A stretch of DNA of 44,453 nucleotides from assembly GCA_023645945.1 (NCBI GenBank), contig JALAIB010000031.1:1-44453 (forward strand). Reading direction: 5' to 3'. Made by a program: the position numbers and the translations under genes. Numbering within the stretch: the first letter of the stretch is position 1; every line of letters starts with the position of its first letter. Below are positions 23,775 to 33,425 of the stretch, one piece after another. Source of the DNA: Diploschistes diacapsis (Eukaryota). Under the pieces are notes generated by a model, which saw only the letters and a program-made list of their open reading frames with translations, was not told the DNA's origin and ran no database searches.

Positions 23775-24761
23775 ATGGATCCCGCACAACTCTACGACTC
23801 GGAGATCCTCCCCACCATAACCGCCATGGCGGCCCAAATGCCCTCGAACCCGATGCCCGTGCACGACACCGCGAGCCGGCGCGTCGGTACTGACTTCGTC
23901 ATGCAGCTCATCGCCACCCGAACGCCGTCCCGCACAGATGTCGCCTCAAAAGACTACCACACCACAACCGCAGACGGACACTCCCTCCTCCTCCGCTGGA
24001 CCCACAGCACCGCCTCCCCTCCGCACCCCAGCCGTCCCGGGCCCGCTGCCCTCTACGTGCACGGCGGCGGCATGATCGCCGGGAGCGTCGCGCTGACCGC
24101 ATGCCTCGTCGAAACCCACGTGTCGCTCAGTGGCGTCCCCATGCTCTCCGTCGAGTACAGACTCGCGCCCGAGCACCCGCATCCGACGCCCGTCAACGAC
24201 GCCTACGCCGGGCTCCTCTGGCTGCACGCGCACGCCTCGGAGCTGGGCGTCGACCCGGCGCGCGTCGCCATCATAGGCGAGAGCGCGGGCGGCGGCATTG
24301 CGGCGGGGACGGCGCTGCTGGCGAGGGACAAGGGGCTGTCGCCGGGCCTGGCGCTGCAGATCCTCGTGTACCCCATGCTGGACGATCGGACGAGGCAGTC
24401 GCTGCCGGAGCACGAGCCGTTTTATCTGTGGAACTCGATGGACAATGTGACGGGGTGGAGCGCGCTGTTGGGGTTCGACGTGAGCGGGCCCCAGGCGGAG
24501 GCGAGGGAGGTCGAGGCCTATGCGGCGCCGGCGAGGGCGAAGAGCCTGAAGGGCTTGCCTCGAGCGCTGATCGACGTGGGGACGTTGGATCTTTTTGTGG
24601 GGGAGGATGTCGAGTATGCGGCCAGGTTGCTGAGGGAGGGGGTGCCGGTTGAACTGCACGTGAGGCCGGGCGTACCGCATGCGTTTGACTGGCTGGTGCC
24701 GGAGATTGGGGCTTCGAAGAGGGCATTCGAGGATCGGGTAAGGGTGTTGAGGTCGCTCTGA
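23775..24761 (+). CDS. Alpha/beta hydrolase, HSL (family IV) esterase/arylesterase, intronless, 328 aa
   Basis: HGGG oxyanion motif, VEYRLAPEHP, GESAGG nucleophile elbow, YPMLDDR, catalytic Asp (LDLF) and His (PHAF). Confidence 0.93.
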   Translation: MDPAQLYDSEILPTITAMAAQMPSNPMPVHDTASRRVGTDFVMQLIATRTPSRTDVASKDYHTTTADGHSLLLRWTHSTASPPHPSRPGPAALYVHGGGMIAGSVALTACLVETHVSLSGVPMLSVEYRLAPEHPHPTPVNDAYAGLLWLHAHASELGVDPARVAIIGESAGGGIAAGTALLARDKGLSPGLALQILVYPMLDDRTRQSLPEHEPFYLWNSMDNVTGWSALLGFDVSGPQAEAREVEAYAAPARAKSLKGLPRALIDVGTLDLFVGEDVEYAARLLREGVPVELHVRPGVPHAFDWLVPEIGASKRAFEDRVRVLRSL

Positions 24762-25068
24762 GCTGGGGGAGGAAGGAAGCCGAGAGGTAAGAGAATCAGC
24801 CTCCTGAAGATGGTAAAGTTTCCCTCGGAGAATTAAGAAGATCACCTATGCAGCGGGTGCGAGACTAGCAATATTCCAGTGACAGTATCAAGACCATAGA
24901 GTAATCAGTTCGTTGCTGGCATTCACGGTGAGTATAAACAGTATTGTACATATATACAGATGTTTTCAGGGACCAATGGCTAGCTCATTGCGTATGAGAA
25001 AGCCTTCCGGACTCATCTTAATCTGGACTTCTCGTCGGCGAACCCTTTCCAATCCCAACACTTTCTTG

Positions 25069-27189
25069 CTACTCTGGTGAATTTTCAACATGCTTGTTCA
25101 ATACTTGCTCGCGCCTCGCTGCGTGCTTGGGTTTCCGTTCCGGAGCTCCAAACCAGCGTACCTTGTATCGCACAGGGATCTGGACAGCTTCTCGAATCTT
25201 CTGTGAAAGTGACATGCTCTGATAGCCATGTTTGCGCCATTCACCGTCCCGTTCAACAGCGTCGGCAAACGCCTGGTGAAAATCGGCGACATACAGTCGG
25301 AACACTTTGAAAGCACTCAAGTCTGCTCGCATTGCATGGTTGGCTAACCCTACCTGGGCGAACCGATCTTCTTCACTTGATGCCCAAGCTGCCAGACCCT
25401 CAATGTTGTGCCTAGTAGAAACATTTTTGTTTTCGCTCATCTTGGATTTTTCATGTGCTCTACCACTCGGCTTTATACCAACAATCACTTTTCCTACCTC
25501 CTTCATCCAGACCTTGGACATGTTCTTTGTCTGTACGGGTGTATTCCGGAGCAGAGACCGCATAGTCAACTCTTGCATGCGATACGTCACCTCGCCCTCG
25601 ATGCAAGCGGCCCACCACACTACGCGGCATAGGTTATACGACCGAATATGCCAACCGATCATGAAGAGTACATGATAGCTGAACCCGCCAGTGCCCACTT
25701 GATACTCGTGCCAAAATAGCTTGAGGAGGCGAAGCGCCCCAGCGTCATCAAGAACCATGAGGCAATGGGTTAAAAGAATGTCCAAAGTACCCCTGTTCGG
25801 GCGACAAGCACGCTTCACCATTGTTTCAAGAAATTGGACTGCTTGCTCTGGGCGGCCTGTCTTGCACAAGTGCTCGCAAATGACGTTACCTGCCTTGGGA
25901 GAGAACCAACTGTCTCCGAATTCAGAATCGAAAACCTGCATTGTGCCTGTCGCATCAGAGTCCACTCCAGCAGGCTGGCCGAGCTGCGAAGATAGCAAGT
26001 CCACAGCAACAGCTTGAATGACATCTGCTCTGCTAAGAAGATCTAATTGACGCATGTTCTCAATGACAGCGACTTTCGCAGCATGCGATTCCAATACTAT
26101 GACCAGACTCACCCACGTGCCTTCGTTCGGCCTCAGACCTTGGTTTATCATTGCTCGCAGTAAGTAGGTGTAATTGTGTAGATCCTTCTTGCCAGCTGCG
26201 GCTCGAAGAGCCATGTTGAATGTCTCTGTTCTGATCGGTATTCTTCGCTCTACCATGATATTAAAAAGAGTCCTGGCGTCCGAGATGAGGGAATGTCGGT
26301 AGAAAAAGCGCAGTGCGTTTTCAAAAGCCAGAGTCGAAACGCAGGGCTGCAATTCCTCGTCACGAAAGAGAAACAATAACGTGTCTTTCACCGCGCTGAC
26401 ATGGGTCGTGCGACCAGTATACAGATGTTTTTGCATCAAACGTGAAACTTGCGACTGCGCTAGGTTGTTGACATATTCTGCGAAGCTACCCTGTGACCAC
26501 GTTGAGGGCTTAAAGACCTCTACATCTGCGAATTGACGATACAGTATGCTCGGAGCCACAAAGGTATCTAGATCTGCAAGCGGCGCAGAGCTTCGTTCGA
26601 AATTTCGCCTCAGTTCCAGTAGCGGGATTCTCCAATCATAGGACCATGAGCCCTTCTCTTTCATAACACTGCTTTTGACTTGACCGAATTTCTGCATGTC
26701 CCGCTTCTCTCTTACCTTCGAAAGCAATCGAGGTAACTGAGCACCTCTGAGCTTGAACGTTTGTTGCACAGACGTGCCGGTCAATCCTTTCAACAACGCT
26801 TTCGGAGACTCTTCCACCACCCCAGAATTTTCAGTCCCTCCCCTTGCCTCATGTCGAGTCGGCACGTGGTGCTTTGTGTCGGTAATACTGAGACTCTGGA
26901 ACAAACCAGCCTCTGCAATCCCTGGCGCTGGTTGTATGTCTTGATTGATGAGGGAGTCGCCATGGCTGCCTTCCCTGGCACAGAGACTGTCTAGCTTGCT
27001 CGGCTGTTTAATGAATTCACATTGACGATTTGTAGTAGAAGTAGTAGTAGCTCCCTGCAGCGCTTTTGGGGTGAAGTGTAAGAACCGGCATCGGTAAAGG
27101 AAGTTCGTAGGCTCAGCAAAGGCTGCCAATGGCGTTATCCAAACCTTGAGAGGAAAACTCGATACCACCAATCGGTACCCAGAGAACAT
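25069..27189 (-). CDS. Pentatricopeptide repeat (PPR) protein, probably mitochondrial, 706 aa
   Basis: Tandem PPR-like units (ARTLFNIMVERRIPIRTETFNMALRAAAGKKD; LLRAMINQGLRPNEGTWVSLV; LCKTGRPEQAVQFLETMVKRACRPNRGTLDILL). The N-terminus is basic and poor in acidic residues. Confidence 0.8.
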   Translation of the reverse strand: MFSGYRLVVSSFPLKVWITPLAAFAEPTNFLYRCRFLHFTPKALQGATTTSTTNRQCEFIKQPSKLDSLCAREGSHGDSLINQDIQPAPGIAEAGLFQSLSITDTKHHVPTRHEARGGTENSGVVEESPKALLKGLTGTSVQQTFKLRGAQLPRLLSKVREKRDMQKFGQVKSSVMKEKGSWSYDWRIPLLELRRNFERSSAPLADLDTFVAPSILYRQFADVEVFKPSTWSQGSFAEYVNNLAQSQVSRLMQKHLYTGRTTHVSAVKDTLLFLFRDEELQPCVSTLAFENALRFFYRHSLISDARTLFNIMVERRIPIRTETFNMALRAAAGKKDLHNYTYLLRAMINQGLRPNEGTWVSLVIVLESHAAKVAVIENMRQLDLLSRADVIQAVAVDLLSSQLGQPAGVDSDATGTMQVFDSEFGDSWFSPKAGNVICEHLCKTGRPEQAVQFLETMVKRACRPNRGTLDILLTHCLMVLDDAGALRLLKLFWHEYQVGTGGFSYHVLFMIGWHIRSYNLCRVVWWAACIEGEVTYRMQELTMRSLLRNTPVQTKNMSKVWMKEVGKVIVGIKPSGRAHEKSKMSENKNVSTRHNIEGLAAWASSEEDRFAQVGLANHAMRADLSAFKVFRLYVADFHQAFADAVERDGEWRKHGYQSMSLSQKIREAVQIPVRYKVRWFGAPERKPKHAARREQVLNKHVENSPE

Positions 27190-27439
27190 CTGCTTTCATT
27201 GTGAGGTGAAAATTTTGGGATTGCATCTGAAAATTCCAAGTCATCGGAGTTCGAAGAGCGAAGTTCGCACAAAGTTTGGGCGGAACAGCTCGGCCCGACA
27301 AGTCTTCACGACAAGTCTTATTCTGCCTACTGTACACATAAATTACATGATAAGTACCATGGTTCTCAAGATACTTTCTCAGTCATACTAATTCGTATGC
27401 AGCCACAAGTATCTATAAAATTAGCGCTCTCTCCAGCCA

Positions 27440-28230
27440 CATTTATTTACTTAACGATCGATTACATGCTTTTTTTCTTATTTTTAATCTTACCATTCTA
27501 ATTTTTTTTTAAATACTATAGAGGCCTCGTTGTCTGCTCGCCCTGCGCGCCCTGCGGCCCTCCCTGCCGCCGCGGCGGCCACGTTCGATATAGTCGCCGA
27601 CAACGATAAGCTGGGTCTTGAAGACCTCATACTTTACGACGCCCCCTCCGCCTCTCTAGGTCGTGGTGTTACCCCCTCGCCCGCCCCGACGCCTATTATC
27701 TCGCCGTCCTCTGGCGAGCCTGCCCTCGCCGAGCCTGCGCGGGCTCGGACACCCTTATCGCCGCTGCCCTGCGGACCTCCCGGCGTGGAGGACGCGTCTT
27801 TTTACCGTCGCGGACATCCTTCGGATAATCGTGGCGGATTTTAACGCGTTTAACCCTACGTGGGCAATTTCTGGACGTCCAATCGGACGTCTGGAAACAC
27901 TACCTAATATCGCTGCCGTCATTAACGAAACGGCGATCGCGATACGACATCTACTACGCGCAATGTCGATATAAAGAGGAAGATAACGCGCGACCGCGTA
28001 ACCTATGGCATAACTATCGCGGTCCGCAGGGGAGCATAATAGGCGGAGAAGAAGCACGGCATAAAAAAGACTATAAAAGATTTAAGAGCACGCTTTTAAA
28101 CTACTTTTGGAGCACTTTAAGCATCTTTTGGTGCTTTAGTATCTATTTTCTATTGCGATATAGTCTCTATGGCCATGATAATAATTAAATTTTATTTATT
28201 ATATATCTAATTCTATATAGTTCTGCGTAT
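27440..28230. mobile_element. Probable RIP-mutated repeat/transposon relic (family not identifiable)
   Basis: A GC- and CpG-rich core (~27520-28060) has excess TpA: by eye about 17 TpA versus 7 CpA in 27841-28020. It sits between very AT-rich flanks, and its ORF-like text is broken between frames. No terminal repeats found. Confidence 0.55.
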
Positions 28231-28568
28231 TTCTGTAAGTGACATACATTTGTACGCAAATTATGTAAAAATCTAAGTACCTGGCAGAGCCACAGCGAAC
28301 TAAGCAGAATGCATCACTAGGGCGCCACTAAATATGTTACACAATTTTACAGTAGGCAGAATAAGACAAGCCGTTTTCACAAGCTTCAGACTCACCACCC
28401 CTTCAGGCAATAGAGTTCTACGCGTCCATATTCACACTTTGCCTCTTTACTTTTCTGCAGATCATTCGCAACTGTTCTCAGCGGTGTTGCCCTCAAATTC
28501 TCAGCCAAAACCTCTACGTCTACCAGAGTACAAGATCCCATTGGTTCCAGTTCTGCCTCATATCCACA

Positions 28569-29618
28569 ATGTCAGGTTAGTTAGTGCCTTCCATTTCCGC
28601 TGCTATCTTCTGGAAGCTTGGGGAGCTGACATCTGATTAGGAAGCGCTGGGTTTGACCGACATATTACTATATTCTCCGACCAGGGCAGGTTATATCAAG
28701 TCGGTAAGTCCCTGTTTCTTCTGGAATATTGCTCTCTTCGGCAATTCATAGTTCTCTTGATGGCCTACCATTTGGTACCTCTGCAACAATCCACCAACCC
28801 AGTCCTAACAGTGTGGTAGAATATGCATTCAAAGCTATTACGGCCGCTAACATCATGTCGATCGGCATCCGAGGGAAGAACTGCGCGGTAGTTTTGTCGC
28901 AGAAAAAGGTGCCAGTGAGTGCAGTCGTTGTTACCGTATGACACCACATCTCAAGAAGATACTTTTTCAGGACAAGTTGATCGATCCTTCCTCCGTGTCA
29001 CACATCTTCAAGCTTTCCCCATCGGTAGGCTGTGTCATGACCGGGTCGATAGCTGATGCGCGAGCATCGGTTTCACGGGCGATAGGCGAAGCCGCCGAGT
29101 TCAGATACAAGAACGGCTACGAGATGCCTTGCGATGTCCTCGCCAAGCGGTTAGCGAACCTCAGTCAAGTGTATACACAAAGGGTTGGTGAAGATGTGCA
29201 GAACCGAGGCAGGTCACGCTAACGGCTCAAGGCATATATGCGACCGCTGGGAGTTGCAACAACGCTCATATCCGTCGACGCTGAATATGGACCCCAGCTG
29301 TACAAGTGCGACCCTGCCGGTTACTTCGTAGGGTACAAGGCGACTGCATCTGGTCCGAAGCAACAGGAAGCGCTCAACCACCTCGAAAAGAAGCTGAAGA
29401 ATAAGGAATATGCAGAGGGTACGTGGGAGGACGTGGTGGAGCTTGCAATCTCGACTCTCAGCACGGTGCTTAGCATGGATTTCAAGAAGGGTGAATTGGA
29501 GGTCGGCCTTGTCGGCGGACCGGACCCAAAGAAGCCAGAGAGCACGACCACAGAGTTTCGTGCACTAACTGAGGAGGAGATTGATGAAAGGCTGCAGTCG
29601 ATAAGTGAGAAGGACTGA
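28569..29618 (+). CDS. SCL1: 20S proteasome subunit alpha1 (alpha type-6), 5 exons (28569-28575, 28641-28703, 28820-28914, 28971-29183, 29232-29618)
   Basis: [113 protein letters not shown]. Confidence 0.95.
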
Positions 29619-30700
29619 TTGGTGAGAGGCCGATTACTACGATGTCGATGCTCCAGAGGAAAGCTCAGCAATGATGGCAGTCCGTTTGAGGAGCGTTCCT
29701 GGCGCATGTTTCTATGTGGTTTCATAGCGGAACAGGACCTTCAAGGCTCTAATTGAAGTCATCCAATGGCAGAAGAAATCTCACGCGCTGCCGGGCACTT
29801 TACAGCTCTGCATGGTTTATTTTCCCCTATGCTTTATGTGGTTCCTGAGTTTCTATGGTGTGGCGCAGTCGCCGTGGCTTAATGTGGCGGCATCGCAATG
29901 TCCCAAAACGGTTGGAACGGTGAGTCTTGAGGTCGGGCGCTCTCTGACGTTCCTGCAGGATAAGGCATGATGAAAATTCAAAAAGCCAATTACGATACAG
30001 GAGTGGTGAACCTTGTAGCACACTAATAGATACTAATTTAGGGCCCGCAAGAGTTTACTTCAGCTGGGGCAATTGGCAATGGGCGGTCGGCCGATAAGAT
30101 GAGGCTGCAGATATCGTGAGAGACAAGAGACACGAGACAAGACACGTTGTCGTCGACAGATGCACCGCTCGCTCCCCCGGGGGACTTGGGAATAGGAAGC
30201 TTTTTACCGGAAACCTGCTGGGGGATAAACTGGGGGAAACTGACCAGTAACAGCGCACAACAAGTGGTCTTGGCAGCACCGCTGAACCCTAGCTCGCCCG
30301 GGTCGCGTGGCGTCCCAAACCAGCCGTACCTGACATGATGTGGGAGCCTCTTGTCTGTATGATTTGACATCTTACGTGCGTCTGAAAGGATGATGCTTCT
30401 GTTTTTATTGCATAGCTCCTTTTATGGAGATGCGACCTCATATCTGCTCTTGCTCGTACAGTTGGTATTTCCAGCCAGCCACAGGAACTTTGGCTCAACG
30501 TCGGCGGTCGAGGAGGTTAATGTTTCGTTGTCATCTCGAAGTCGTGTATCCCTTGATGGAGCTATATATGCTCTGGTGTTTGCTGAATATGGTTCGCCAT
30601 CGAGACGGAAGACCAGTTTCACTCGTGCTTGCTACGTTGAGAACTTTTGGTCACCAGATTGTTCATGCAGCCCACTGAACGGAGAATTCTCGATACTAGA

Positions 30701-31413
30701 ATGACCGACGGACGTATGTCAACCGCCCCTCGCCGTGGCCCCAGCTCTTTCCTTGGTGTATCCTATGCTAATACGATACAGTTAACGACGCAAGGGCCAT
30801 GAGGGTAGCTGAAGTGATGACCCACTTCCGGACTATATCGCAACAGATAGCTCAGTACCGAGTGATACCCCCTGCTGGCCAAGCTCAAGCTCGTGGATTC
30901 GTTCTTCTCAACCAGTGCCATGTTGAAGCCCAGGCCGTGCTCGCTTTGGTCTTTGACGCTGGTCCAGCGCCTGGCAACTTCAACGCTGAAGAGCAAACCA
31001 AGAAACAGCTGCAAAGGTACGGGGATGCGTTTCGAGAGGCGGAACATGACTCAATGAAGTATATTAGGATCCTTCTGGATGCGGCATGTCGACGATTCAG
31101 AGTACAAAAGATCTACCTGCGGACGGTAGCTTGCATGAGATGGGTACAGCGACGGACCCAGGTCTTGCAGGGCCAAGTCCCCAACGCAAGTAATGCAGCA
31201 GCTCTGGCACAACTGGACAATACACTCAACTCGGTAGGATGCGGAGCATTATCAGCCCGGCAGCATTTACTAAACCTATAGCAGGAGCTTGCTGCTGTTA
31301 CTGATCAGCGGGTATTCTATGAGCTCAATGGCCGAGACATTGCCGCTGGAAACTGGACCGCCGAAATGCCCAGCCTTGAAACAATCCTCAGCTACTTGCA
31401 AACATGGTTTTAA
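30701..31413 (+). CDS. Conserved-looking fungal hypothetical protein, all-helical, 4 exons (30701-30713, 30782-31016, 31068-31233, 31285-31413)
   Basis: Introns 30714-30781, 31017-31067 and 31234-31284 give MTDGLNDARAMRVAEVMTHFR...KKQLQR|ILLDAACRRFRVQKIYLR...LNS|ELAAVTDQRVFYELNGRDIAAGNWTAEMPSLETILSYLQTWF*. From memory it resembles an uncharacterised Pezizomycotina family (not searched). Confidence 0.8.
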
Positions 31414-32060
31414 AGCTACGAAGGTTTTATGTGGATCTCCCAGCCAAAGTGCCTCAGTGTCGCGAGTACACGCGCTAGGAGGCTTGGGAATATGTGAACT
31501 ACTTGTGGGGGGAAAGAACAGCATATTCACGGCATTTTGCATGGTATTAGGCCAAAATGGACGGGAAACAAGCATGAATTGGTGGTTTACTTCTTGCGGC
31601 ACAACAGTTTTAATTTGAAAACCGGACATGTTTGATTAACGTCACCAAGACGAGTATTATATTTACGCTATGGCTTGCTGAGCGAGCTCAAGAAAGTGGG
31701 AACGAGCGGATACGTTTTTTGAGATAAAGCTGCTACTTATTCGATAATGCTACTATTACGGAAAGCTAACTCTCCGATTTTCCAGGCTTGACATCAATCA
31801 ATTCTTCATCGTGAACTCTCAAACTGATAGGTGTCATGACCGCGAAATAAAATCGGGTTCCTAACACTCGAAAAGGCTCTATGCATAGCCAAATTCCCTT
31901 CTATTCAGCTCTATGGCAATGTCCACATCATCCAACAGGCTGCGGAGACTGACTAGGAAAGCGCATAATCTAACCAAAGCGGCAGGTCCACACCTCTCGG
32001 ATCTCTCCCCTCCATCTCCTCCAACAGCAAAACGACCGATCGTCAGATCTACCGCCAGCC

Positions 32061-32402
32061 ATGTATCGAAGCACAAGCCAGGCAGCAGAAGACCATAGTC
32101 GACGTCATTCCCACCCCGTCCTCATAAAAGAACATAGAGCTCCATCAAGCGCCGGAAATCATTTAAGCTCTCAACCCAAAGCCAGCAACTCCTCCTCCTC
32201 CTCGTCGCCTCGGAACCAACCATTCCCTCCCCTTCCTACATTCTCCTCCAACAACAACAACAGCAGCAGCGACGCTACGAAAACCATGCTCGTGGAGAGC
32301 CACTCACCTCCTCGCACAGGCTCTCCTTGCTTGCCTCCCACTGATTCACGGAAACAAAGCTCATCTACCAGCACACATAGATCTAGCTCGTTCACATGGT
32401 AG
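32061..32402 (+). CDS. Possible small Ser/Pro-rich disordered protein (113 aa)
   Basis: ATG in good context (gccagccATG) and a C-rich coding-like composition followed by a G/T-rich 3'UTR-like stretch. No domain evidence. Confidence 0.35.
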   Translation: MYRSTSQAAEDHSRRHSHPVLIKEHRAPSSAGNHLSSQPKASNSSSSSSPRNQPFPPLPTFSSNNNNSSSDATKTMLVESHSPPRTGSPCLPPTDSRKQSSSTSTHRSSSFTW

Positions 32403-33425
32403 ATCGGTAGCGTGTTCTCAGCTCTCGTACCTGCATGCGAGGCACTTTCAGTCCTGGAGGGTTTCTCACTAGCCGTTACCTCTGTTCTGTGTGCGTTTGA
32501 GGTAGCTTTAGGTTGTTTTGACGTCTGGTTGCTAGCACGGGATGAGTTGTAGTGTAGTGCCTGGGTAGTTCGGTCTATTTCGGGATTTAAAGTTGTGGCG
32601 TCAAGGAGGCTGGTGAGAGGGCTCGGCGTTTCCCTTGCGGTGGGAAGTTGTAAGCCATGCATTGACGACTAAGATGATTGGTTGGGATTGATTGAATAAT
32701 GCTTGCATAATTTTCATAAAATTATGAAGGCATTATATTTTTCCTCCTATTTCCGGCATTATCTTCACCATTTGTTAGAAACTGTTTTTTTTTCGAGATT
32801 TGAGTTTTCGTTGATTGGATATTAATTAATGTATGGGGTCGTTAATGCTTAATTGATTTTTAAATCAGTTATGTTAATTAATTATACATAGGTTGACATT
32901 TCTCAGAAGACCGACTCTGCAAGATGATTCAGTGGCTTGGCCTTAACTTTGCGCCACCGGGTCATTAGGTGATCATGACATCACCCTACCTGCATACTAT
33001 CATCACCATCTCAAGGAAACTTCAGGGCTGGTCAACTCCCACCTAGTTGGTATTTCGGGATGTAGTTATGTTCGTAAGAAACTTTGTAGGCAATCTTTAA
33101 GCGGGGAAGCTTGTGTTTCTGCGCCACTGGATGCCTCCCGATTGTCTGCTCATTGACTTTTCGACTTTGGACAAGATTTGCACCCTAGATTGGGTAGCCC
33201 CATGCCACTGGCCACAATCGCACACGCCCGTTTTGCTGCTCCTACTGTTTCTGCTGCAACTTGCTGTGAGCGGGACAGAGAACATCTTTGAGTTATTGCA
33301 GCCTTCACCGAGAGAGATTACTACCAAAGAAACGACTGCTACTGCTTTGGGCTGCCCGCTGGATGAGATGCTCGTCTAATCTCCAGAACACTTCCGACCT
33401 ATGACCGGGAAGTGTGGCGAGAAAA

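Noticed and set aside
23946..24845. 299-aa antisense ORF and other frames over the esterase
   Set aside because: Shadow ORFs expected from high third-position GC; the products are Arg/Pro-rich with no motifs.
28704..28819. Unusually long (116 nt) proteasome intron as a stwintron, hidden micro-exon or snoRNA host
   Set aside because: Using the internal TAG at 28751 breaks the conserved YQVEY frame, the site lacks a good branch sequence, and I see no convincing C/D or H/ACA boxes.
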